From contig CAKKNE010000004.1 in the NCBI GenBank assembly GCA_918797485.1, positions 4,650,001 to 4,714,000 of the forward strand: 64,000 bases of DNA, read 5' to 3'. The stretch is from Pelagomonas calceolata (taxonomy: Eukaryota). Shown in pieces: positions 54,001-61,594 of the stretch. Each line of letters starts with the position of its first letter. The stretch's first letter is position 1. The translations under genes were made by a program, and so were the position numbers. The notes under the pieces are model-generated. The model did no database searches, was not told where the DNA came from, and saw only the letters and a list, made by a program, of their open reading frames with translations.

Positions 54001-54086
54001 GACACCGGCGCGGCGTCCCCTCGCCTCAGCACGACGCGGTCATCCGCGGCCGCGCCCAGCAGGAGCAGGCACAGCCCCGGACGCAT
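31469..54086 (-). CDS. Giant secreted mosaic protein (~7468 aa): two S8 kexin-like peptidase + P-domain modules, LNR-like, LamG-like, C-type-lectin-like and PAN-like domains, Cys-rich and SY repeats, DUF285/BspA-like repeats, PT stalks; exons 54086-32880 and 32668-31469
   Basis: Signal peptide MRPGLCLLLLGAAA. Two triads: INDNGVD/HGTVCAS/GTSYAAP and INDEGVD/HGTVCAS/GTSYACP. P-domains IEHPRRGDLRIEL...WTLQLYG. W.V..V..M..MF..A..FN repeats. Introner removal joins GVSVD|VNATLEE. Confidence 0.9.
32669..32871 (-). mobile_element. Introner element, longest copy (intron 32879-32669, 211 nt)
   Basis: Perfect TIRs. Perfect TSD GCATTGAC at 32661-32668 and 32872-32879 (GTCAATGC on the gene strand). Orientation relative to its host gene is opposite to copies 1 and 2. 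Confidence 0.95.
40390..44340 (-). repeat. Near-identical intragenic duplication of the LamG/PT/PAN-like block (~40390-41840 vs ~42850-44340)
   Basis: The block CLIAYYPFVDGTTQDAHNSW...ALDEVYIYARALD...EHWRTGPVGAC occurs twice with almost identical DNA. Confidence 0.9.
49940..50205 (-). repeat. 90-bp coding tandem repeat x3 (PSRTDHSYSYSYSHSYSHSYPPENMPAAAL)
   Basis: GGCAGGG anchors at 50011, 50101 and 50191; a partial fourth unit near 49720-49770. Confidence 0.9.
53130..53790 (-). repeat. Tandem duplication of a ~120-aa N-terminal Cys-containing module
   Basis: ACQYVSVSGTTGQTSREGTYERVGEC...NPAIAVEC occurs twice, nearly identical. Diverged homologs follow at ~52.4-53.1 kb and ~50.3-50.55 kb. 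Confidence 0.88.
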
Positions 54087-54437
54087 CGTTGCCTCGTGCC
54101 CCTAGGCAGCTCCAGCCATCTTTGGGGCAGCTCAGTTTTGGGCGGAGTTCGGCTCGTGTGGCCCGCCGATGCACTGAAGCCGTTTGCTATCCCTTGGGAT
54201 CGATGGCTGCCCCTCGGGAGTGCCGCTGCCTCGCACGAAACGAGTCGGAGCCGGGGTGGAGTTATGCCTAGGACCTGTCCCATGAGTCCGTTTCGTTCGG
54301 GGAACGAGGCTTTAAAATGAACTTGTTTGCTAGTGTGTTGATACGCTAGCTAGGTTTGCTTCTCGCTTCTCGCTTGGCGCTCGGCATTTGTCATTGCACT
54401 CAGCAGCGTGCAATCGAGAGCACTGTCGCTGCAGTCG

Positions 54438-55565
54438 ATGCGCCGCGCCATGCTGGCTGCCTTGGGTATGCGGTGCGCGGCGCTGGCGCCGCGCCTCCGC
54501 TCGGCGCGGCGCCTCGCGACGCCCGCGCGCCTTGCGCCGAGCCCGCTCGACGAGGACTTCCTGCTGCCCGACCGCGACCGCGACGGCGACGGCTTCGGGG
54601 AGCGGCCGCCGCCGCGGCGGCGGGAGACCCAGAAGCTCTGCTACAAGTGCGGCGAGCCGGGCCACCTCGCGCGCGACTGCCCGAGCGACGCCGGCGGCGG
54701 CGACTTCCAGCGGACGCGCGTCTTCGTCGCGGGCCTCGACCCGGCCGTGCAGTGGTACGACCTGAAGGACTTCTTCCGCGAGGCCGGCTTCGACGTCGTC
54801 TACGCGAGCGTGTCGGCCCACGCCGACGGCAGCTCCAAGGGCTGCGGCGTCGTGCAGCTCGCGTCGGCCGAGGCCTGCGACGCGGCCATCCGGGACCTCA
54901 ACGGCGCGGCGCTCCGCGGCGCCGCGATCGCCGTCCGCGAGGACCGCCAGGAGCGGCGCCGGCGCGGCCGCGGCGAGGCGCCGCCGCGCGCCGCGGCGCG
55001 CGACGCGTTCAGCGACCGCCGCGGCGCCTTCGACGAGTTCGGCGGCCTCCTGCCCTGGGTCGGCGCCGAAAACGGGCCGCTGCCCGCCGAGGTGCTGGCC
55101 CTCCTCGCCGACCGCGACGACGCGCGCGACGCCAAGGACTACGCGGCGGCCGACGCGATCCGCGACGACGTCCGCGACCTCTACGAGCTGCGGATCGACG
55201 ACCGGAACCGGCGTTGCCTGCCGCACGCGCCGCCGGTCGCGCCGCGCGCGCCGCCCACGGCGACGGTCAAGGCCGAAAGCGACGAGGCCGTCGTGGCCGC
55301 GCTCGCTGGTGACGTCTCCTTCCTTGACGCGCCGGCCGAGGATGCGACATTCGACGTCGCCGACATCGACCTCGACAGCATTCTTGCAAAACACGGCGAC
55401 GCCATGCGCGCCGCGCTCGCGGCGCCCGACGCCTCCGCCGAGGACCGCGACGCGCTCGAGGCCCTCCGCGTGCCCGAGCTCAAGGACCGGTGCCGGGCGC
55501 GCGACCTGCGGGTCGGCGGGACGAAGGCGGTGCTGATCGATCGGCTGCTCGGGGTCGAGGAGTAG
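54438..55565 (+). CDS. Putative plastid nucleic-acid-binding protein: CCHC zinc knuckle + RRM + CysRS-C-terminal-like helix + SAP domain
   Basis: CYKCGEPGHLARDC; RVFVAGL...WYDLKDFF...SKGCGVV; RDDARDAKDYAAADAIRD; LRVPELKDRCRARDLRVGGTKAVLIDRL; signal/transit-like N-terminus. Confidence 0.85.
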   Translation: MRRAMLAALGMRCAALAPRLRSARRLATPARLAPSPLDEDFLLPDRDRDGDGFGERPPPRRRETQKLCYKCGEPGHLARDCPSDAGGGDFQRTRVFVAGLDPAVQWYDLKDFFREAGFDVVYASVSAHADGSSKGCGVVQLASAEACDAAIRDLNGAALRGAAIAVREDRQERRRRGRGEAPPRAAARDAFSDRRGAFDEFGGLLPWVGAENGPLPAEVLALLADRDDARDAKDYAAADAIRDDVRDLYELRIDDRNRRCLPHAPPVAPRAPPTATVKAESDEAVVAALAGDVSFLDAPAEDATFDVADIDLDSILAKHGDAMRAALAAPDASAEDRDALEALRVPELKDRCRARDLRVGGTKAVLIDRLLGVEE

Positions 55566-55589
55566 GTCTGTGTACACGAGAACAAACAA

Positions 55590-56741
55590 TTAGGGCAGCG
55601 CGCACTGCAGCGTGTGGCTCGCGCAGTGGAACACGTTGCGCCGCGGCGCGCAGTTGCGCCCGCCGCCCACGGCCTCGCCGGCGAGTTTGGGCAGCGGGTC
55701 GGCCGGAGGTAGTCGCGGGAGGAGCGGTATGGGCGGTAGGATCTGCGTCCGGACGCGGCCGGGCGCCTGACGCGCGCGCATATGCAGGCCCGACGTGTCG
55801 GCGACGACGGCTAGCGCCCGCGAGCCCGTGAGGAGCGTCGGCCGCTCTAAGTTGGCGGCGCGCAGCGCGGCCGCGGTCGCGGCGGCGTCGTCCGGGTCGG
55901 CGCCGGGGAAGCGCAAGGACGCTTCGTAGCCGAACGTCGCCTCCTCAAATGGGCCGCGCGCGGCGTAAAAGTGCGGCGACGCGCGCGGCATCGCCCGCGT
56001 CGACGTGAGATGCCGCGTCCGCTCGAAGAGCCAGCGGAGCTTGGGGACGGACGCGTGGTGCGAGCCGCGAACATAAGCGAAGGGGCCGTCCTCGACGGTC
56101 ACGTTGAGGAAGATCCACGCCTTGTAGGTCGGTAGGTACGTGTCGACGTGCAGGTAGTGCTGCTTGTCGTTCGGCGCCGTGACGGCGCGCTCCCAGCCGC
56201 CGGCCGTCGCCGTCGAGAAGTTGCGCCGGAACAGCGCCTCGAACTTCGCCGCGATGGCCGCGGGCAGGAGCCGGCCGCCCGGCGGGTCGTAGGCCTCCGC
56301 GACGACGCCGTCGCGGAGGAGCGCCGCCCGCCAGGCGGCCGCCGCGTCGCCGGGCGGCGCGCTGTCCCGGACGGCGTCGGCCATAATTCGGATCGCCAGC
56401 AACGCGCGGAAGGCCTGCAAGCCGCGCGCGTTGAGGGGGTGTGGCACGACCTTCTTCGTGCTCATGACCACCGGCAGCGCCTCGTGCGGCAGCGTCGCGC
56501 CGTCGCGGGTCGCGTTCGCGTCGCAACTGCGGAGGCCCGCCAGCAGTTCGCCGACGGACGTGCCCGTCGCCCGCTGGAACGCGCCGTAGTCCTTCTTCCG
56601 GAGGTGCTGGCGGGCGACGGCCTCGAGGGTCTCGAACGTCGGCGCGACATCGCTGTGCCACCAGCTGCTGACCTTGGCGGCGAAGCGCACTTCGTCCGCC
56701 CGCGCCAGCGCCAGGACGGCGACGACGGCCCGCCGCATCAT
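55590..56741 (-). CDS. Secreted PhyH-like 2OG-Fe(II) dioxygenase
   Basis: Signal peptide; LHVDTY, DGPFAYVRGSH, DTSGLH...R. Confidence 0.8.
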   Translation of the reverse strand: MMRRAVVAVLALARADEVRFAAKVSSWWHSDVAPTFETLEAVARQHLRKKDYGAFQRATGTSVGELLAGLRSCDANATRDGATLPHEALPVVMSTKKVVPHPLNARGLQAFRALLAIRIMADAVRDSAPPGDAAAAWRAALLRDGVVAEAYDPPGGRLLPAAIAAKFEALFRRNFSTATAGGWERAVTAPNDKQHYLHVDTYLPTYKAWIFLNVTVEDGPFAYVRGSHHASVPKLRWLFERTRHLTSTRAMPRASPHFYAARGPFEEATFGYEASLRFPGADPDDAAATAAALRAANLERPTLLTGSRALAVVADTSGLHMRARQAPGRVRTQILPPIPLLPRLPPADPLPKLAGEAVGGGRNCAPRRNVFHCASHTLQCALP

Positions 56742-56799
56742 GGTTCCATCTGCCAGACCACTTGCATGGCTGCCCCGGTGCCAACTGATCGAATGGGCT

Positions 56800-56824
56800 T
56801 GCTAGTGTCTTACGTGCCGCTAGC
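56800..56824 (-). promoter_or_regulatory. Recurrent intergenic motif copy (reverse orientation)
   Basis: Reverse complement reads GCTAGCGGCACGTAAGACACTAGCA. Confidence 0.55.
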
Positions 56825-56896
56825 ACGGCGACGCGGTCCCAGCCCTGGGCAGGGGCTCCGCCCACTAGTTCCAGCACCGTAACAATGGATGACATC

Positions 56897-57004
56897 CAAG
56901 CGGCCCGCGCCCGCCGCCGACGAATCGGCGACACGCGGTGTCTCCCCCCAGGGGCCTGCCTACTAGTCCTCCTAGCACCTCCCTAGCACCTCCCTAGCAC
57001 CGTA
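56897..57004 (+). repeat. Dispersed intergenic repeat, copy B, with CCTAGCACC x3 tail
   Basis: 47/51 identity to 7950-8000; tandem (T)CCTAGCACC units at ~56970-57001. Confidence 0.75.
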
Positions 57005-57859
57005 ACAGCCCCCTGCACCGAACGAACTAACCGAAACGACATTACTACTACCGCTGCCCGGCGAGGTACTGCGCCTCGAGCGAGTCCGCCCGTCTGCACC
57101 GAGACCATGGGGCCGCCTGCCTGTTGGCATTGGGCCACGTTCTTGACGTAGTCCGTGTAGAGCGCCCCCGACCGGGCCGTCGCCGACGCCACGAGCGGCC
57201 TGTCCGGCGCCGCCAGGGCGTTGACCCGCTTGAAGACTTTGTCTAGCCCGGCGACGCACTCGGCGTGGAGTTTCGTGACACGGGCGATGGCCTTCGCGTT
57301 CACTTGGGACGGATCCGCGCCCCGTGAATTGACTGCCGTAGACGCGAGGTCCTTCACTGCAAGCTCGAACGTCCGGATGCGGTCCACCAAATCGTCGTCG
57401 AGGAAGGTGAGTGCGAGCCCGTTGAGCGGAGCCCACAGCGTACGCTCGGCCGCCTGTGCCTGCGCGCAAATCAACCAGTGATTCGGGTGCACCGCGCCGA
57501 CATTTGAGTTATGCACTGCGCCTCGCCCCCGGCGCGATGGCCTTGGGTAGAGCGTCCCACAGCTTCGGGTCCTTGGCCTGCTCGCCGATCCCGAAGACAA
57601 ACGTGTCGGCCGCGATCTGCAGCGTCCCCTGATAGCGTGCAAGAGCCTTCAGAGCGTCCGGCGGAAGGTCGTCGACGCTTGCAGCGCATGGCTTCGGCAC
57701 GATGCCGGCGGTCGCGACGACGGCGCCAGCCAGACCGCGGCGGCTGATACAATGCTGCCATTTGGTGTGGGTGCTAATCCAAGCTGTTTGCTGCCGCCGC
57801 CTGGTGTGGGCGCTGAGGGCTGCCACCGCCGGAATCATGAATAACCATGACTGACGCAT
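56983..57859 (-). CDS. Uncharacterised probable thylakoid-lumen protein; exons 57859-57527 and 57459-56983
   Basis: Signal peptide, then a Tat-like SRRGLAGAVV...CAA segment. A 67-nt GC-AG introner-like intron joins KAIAPG|AQAAERTLW. The C-terminal end is uncertain. Confidence 0.6.
57460..57518 (-). mobile_element. Introner element, minimal diverged copy (GC-AG intron 57526-57460)
   Basis: CTGCGCGCAAATCAACCAGTGATTCGGGTGC matches the family left end; right end TTGAGTTATGCACTG. TSD is degenerate. Removal restores frame. Confidence 0.72.
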
Positions 57860-57975
57860 CGTTCTGAATGTAGTGCGATCTCCAAAAACGCGGCCTGTCC
57901 TCGCGCGGCGTCCGGAGCGTCCGGAGCCTCTCAGTGCGGAGCAGAGCTCGAGCAGAGCTCCGGCAGCAAATCCGC

Positions 57976-58000
57976 GCTAGCGGCCTGTAAGACACTAGCA
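57976..58000 (+). promoter_or_regulatory. Recurrent intergenic motif copy
   Basis: GCTAGCGGCCTGTAAGACACTAGCA. Confidence 0.6.
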
Positions 58001-58070
58001 AGCAGGTTTCGCCCCAATAACGGCTCTCTGCCGCCGTAACAGAAGTATAACAAGCTGGGTATCAAAAGCA

Positions 58071-59045
58071 CTATACACCCAGCGCCCCGCGCACGAGCGG
58101 CGTCGCGACGCGCACGAGCGCCCGCGCCGCCGACAGCGCGCCCCACGCCGTGGCACCAAAAAAGATGGCGAGCGCGGCGCCGCCGACGCGCACGGCGCGG
58201 AAGCTGGCGCGGCGGAGCTCGTCGCCCGGGAAGGCCCGCCGGTCCGGCCGGACGGCCGGCAGGAGGTCGGCGTACGACGCCGCGCCCTCTCCTTGATCTA
58301 CCGTCATCGCGCAGAGCGTCGCGCGCGCGGCGTTCGGGTAGCCCAGCACCTCGACGCAGAGGTCGGCGACGGCGGCGTGCGGGATCGCCGAGACCTTGAG
58401 GTCGCCGCCGTCGTCGGCGAGCGCGAGCGCGTCCGGCGCGAGCTCCGTCTCGACGCCCATGACGCCCGGCCGGACGATCGTGTAGTCGATGGCCGCGTTC
58501 GCGCGGAGCCGCCGCTCGCCCTCGTAGTTCCAGGTTTTGGCGTGGCAGCCCAGCAGGTTGATGAGCACGGAGAAGAAGGACCACGGCGCCTCGCCCTTGC
58601 CCGTCACGCGGACGACGCGCCGGCAGCCGGCCTTCGCCGCCTCCCGGGCGAGGCGGTCGACGGCGTCGCAGTTCACGTTCTTGGCGTGGTTCGGGTCCGC
58701 CGTCGCGTCCTCCCAGAGGTCCGCGAGCCGCCGCCGCCGCGTCGCGCCGTGGAGCGCGAGCACGGCGTCGCAGCCCCTTACCAGCTCCGCCACCGCGCCC
58801 GCGTCGACGACGTCGCCCATGAGCAGCTCCACGGACGGCGACAGGTCCTGCAGCCACCTGGCGACCTCGGGCCCCGAGCCCGCGTCGTCGCCGACCGCCG
58901 CCGGCTCGTGGCGCACGAGGCAGCGCACGGCGGCGCCCTGCGCGACGAGCTTCTCGACGGCGCGGCGGCCGAGGCGGCCGGTCGCGCCCGTGATGGCTAC
59001 TTTAAGCGCCGTCGCGGCGTGGAGGGAGAGGAGGGCGCGCAGCAT
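58071..59045 (-). CDS. Atypical SDR / NAD(P)-binding protein, probably plastid-targeted
   Basis: Signal peptide; ITGATGRLG Rossmann motif; DYTIVRPG; C-terminal hydrophobic helix. Confidence 0.85.
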   Translation of the reverse strand: MLRALLSLHAATALKVAITGATGRLGRRAVEKLVAQGAAVRCLVRHEPAAVGDDAGSGPEVARWLQDLSPSVELLMGDVVDAGAVAELVRGCDAVLALHGATRRRRLADLWEDATADPNHAKNVNCDAVDRLAREAAKAGCRRVVRVTGKGEAPWSFFSVLINLLGCHAKTWNYEGERRLRANAAIDYTIVRPGVMGVETELAPDALALADDGGDLKVSAIPHAAVADLCVEVLGYPNAARATLCAMTVDQGEGAASYADLLPAVRPDRRAFPGDELRRASFRAVRVGGAALAIFFGATAWGALSAARALVRVATPLVRGALGV

Positions 59046-59261
59046 TGTCTTGGTGGCTGTAGCTCTCTGCGGGAACGCGTCGGCTGCGCGTTAGTGCCTT
59101 ATGAATGATAGATGAAGGGTGCTGTACGTCGTGAACCTTCGGCTGGGGCGTCAGACGTCGGGGGTGCTTTTGACTGATGGAGTAAGCGCGCTGCGCGTCG
59201 TGAACCTTCGTAATTCGCATGCACCCGCCGTTCTCGTCAAAATTGCCGATTATTCTTTTTT

Positions 59262-59286
59262 GCTAGCGGCATGTAAGACACTAGCA
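59262..59286 (+). promoter_or_regulatory. Recurrent intergenic motif copy
   Basis: GCTAGCGGCATGTAAGACACTAGCA in a divergent intergenic region. Confidence 0.6.
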
Positions 59287-59536
59287 AGCTCTCTTTGCAT
59301 TCAAAATCTCTCAGACGCTCGTTGCTCCTGCATACGGGCTTCACCGCTGAAGCAAAGGAGCAGCGTTCGTCTCCCGTCTCCTGTGAACGTGCCTGCTGCC
59401 GTAGGCTGCGCTTGCATCACCGGCGAGCGAGAAATAAGCGCGCGCCAAGAGCTGGCCAGCCAAGAGCAGCTTGCTGCGTCACGCGACGCGCAGCAACTAG
59501 GCCCCGCCAAGCCACACACAGCCACAGATAGCAGCC

Positions 59537-61066
59537 ATGGCCAGCATCTCCATCGTCGTCCGCGACGCCGACGGTACTACAGTAGAGACGTGCCACGACA
59601 GCGCCGCGGACAAGGAATTTGCAAAAGGCGGCTACAGCGGCGCGCGCCGGGCCTTCGCGGCCAAGAAGTTCGACAAGAACGTTAAATTAGCGGACGGCCA
59701 CACGCTCGTGTTGCTCGTCGACGGCGTCGCGAAGCTGACGCACCCCGAACAAAAAAAGGGCAAGAAGCGCGCCGCCGGCGGCACGCCGCGCGCGCCGAAG
59801 CCCGCCGCCAAAAAGGCCGCGACGGCCGAGAAGCCCAAGCCGAGCGAGGCGGGCTGGACGCCGCCCGCCTCAACTGACGAAGCTGCGTCGAGCCCGCCCA
59901 AAAAAACCTGCACGCCGTCGATGCTGTTGAGCATGAAGATGAAGAGCGGCAAGCCGCCCGTGGAAATGGAGCGGGAGGTCCACTCGCCGCAGGTGAAGCC
60001 CCGGAAGAAGAAGCGCGTCGTCGTGGAGGAGTCCGACGACGAGTCGCTGCCTGAACAAAAGCGGACGGACGAGGACTCGGAGGAGGAAATGGACTTCGAC
60101 GCCCCAGAGAAGGAGGAAGAAGTGGAAGAAGTGGTGGAGACGGCGGAGGCGCCCGCGCTGTCCACGGCGGGCGGCGCGGCGCGGGCGTGGTCGGCCTTCT
60201 CCGAGAAGACGACGAAGCCTGATGAAGGCGACGCCAAAGGCGATCAGTGGAACAAGGTCGACGAGGACGACGACGGGTGTGCGGTCGTCAACGTCGTGCA
60301 GGCCCTGAGTCCGAAGGCACTGGCGCAGAAGTTCGACGCGGCCGGGCTACTGTTACTGGAAAGTTCGAAGTGGATTCTGTCAAGAGAAGCCCTGAAGAGT
60401 TTGAAAGATGCCATTTCGGCACGGTACGCTTCAAAACTCGCCGAGGCGCAAGAAGAGGGCCTCGTGACGAAGAAGCGCAAAGACTTGTTGAAGGACGCCG
60501 AGACCGAGACCTTGGCGGGCTTCAACCAGCGACCGGGCGGGCGCGTGGACATGGTGCTCGACGATTTACAAGCTGTTCAGGGGTTTGACTGGCCCTGGGC
60601 TCCTGCTGTGAAAGCTATTCTGGGTCCTTCCTCGTCCCTGAACTACGTGGGGTGTGTGGTCGCGCGGCCGGGCGACGCGACGCAGAACTGGCACATCGAC
60701 GGCGTTCATAGTGTGGAGGAGTACCACGCTCGAGCGGACCGGGTGATCGTGTTTTGTCCTTTGACGGACCTGACGGAGAAGACGGGGTGCACGGAGTTCA
60801 TCCCGACGTCCCACTACAAGTCTAGAGGAAAATACAAGTTCGAGCAAGTGGCGTCGATGCCGCGCGCGAGACATTACCTCCATGCGGGCACGCCCGTCGT
60901 CATGGACTACCGGCTGTGGCACCGCGGCCTGCCGAACACTGGGGAGACTGATAGATACCTGCTCTACACGGTCTTCCAGAAGGCCGAGACCAAAAAGGCC
61001 ATGGAGCTCACGGGCGGGTCGAAGGTCGCGCTATCCAAGGGCGTCGACGGGTCGCGGGCGTGGTAG
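59537..61066 (+). CDS. PhyH-like 2OG-Fe(II) dioxygenase with disordered, NLS-bearing N-terminus
   Basis: QNWHIDG, PLTDLTEKTGCTEFIPTSH, MDYRLWHRGLPN...RYLLY; KKGKKR and PRKKKR basic motifs. Confidence 0.85.
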   Translation: MASISIVVRDADGTTVETCHDSAADKEFAKGGYSGARRAFAAKKFDKNVKLADGHTLVLLVDGVAKLTHPEQKKGKKRAAGGTPRAPKPAAKKAATAEKPKPSEAGWTPPASTDEAASSPPKKTCTPSMLLSMKMKSGKPPVEMEREVHSPQVKPRKKKRVVVEESDDESLPEQKRTDEDSEEEMDFDAPEKEEEVEEVVETAEAPALSTAGGAARAWSAFSEKTTKPDEGDAKGDQWNKVDEDDDGCAVVNVVQALSPKALAQKFDAAGLLLLESSKWILSREALKSLKDAISARYASKLAEAQEEGLVTKKRKDLLKDAETETLAGFNQRPGGRVDMVLDDLQAVQGFDWPWAPAVKAILGPSSSLNYVGCVVARPGDATQNWHIDGVHSVEEYHARADRVIVFCPLTDLTEKTGCTEFIPTSHYKSRGKYKFEQVASMPRARHYLHAGTPVVMDYRLWHRGLPNTGETDRYLLYTVFQKAETKKAMELTGGSKVALSKGVDGSRAW

Positions 61067-61594
61067 GTTAGTCTTCCCCTGCTAAGTCGCTTTTATCGAA
61101 GTGTGCTAGGACTCGTGGGGCGGATCTCGCGCGCCGGTGCGTGGCGGGCCGGCCCGGCCGCCGCCCGCGTTTCGATTCTATCAGAGGAGTAGGCCGAGCT
61201 TTCTCTAAGCGACGAGGCCGGGTGGCTGTGCAATCTGGCCCGCGGCCGGCCATCGCCGCGCGCGCGGCTTTTTTTCGCGCCCTTTGTCCGTCTGTCGCGG
61301 TCAGGGAGCCTATGGGAAGACAATTCGGCCGACGACTCTTTGTCTGGCGAGATCACGGGGCGCCTTTGGCGGCGGCTAATATTGCACGCCAAATGCCTGC
61401 TGAGAACGCGCAGGAGGCGAACCAAACTATAAAGGCAGCCGTACGTCCCAGTGAGTTGCCAGTTAGCTCTACCAAGCAGCACTGAGGCTTGCGCCACGAG
61501 TAAGGCCCTTAACCACCACACTCCCGAGCAGCTGCTTACCCAAAGCGCGCGAAAGTCGCATAAACTCGAGCCTATTGGGCCTCTGCTTCCCACC

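Noticed and set aside
54101..54273. Possible MITE bounded by CCTAGGCA...TGCCTAGG upstream of the giant gene
   Set aside because: Only 8 bp of perfect inverted match, no TSD and no second copy in the window.
33273..54320. Many long + strand ORFs opposite the giant gene, and similar shadow ORFs elsewhere such as 6730-7653
   Set aside because: Expected antisense shadows of GC3-rich coding DNA; Arg/Ala/Val-rich with no motifs.
59127..59210. 15-bp direct repeat CGTCGTGAACCTTCG in a divergent promoter
   Set aside because: A single pair not seen elsewhere in the window; insufficient to call a regulatory site.
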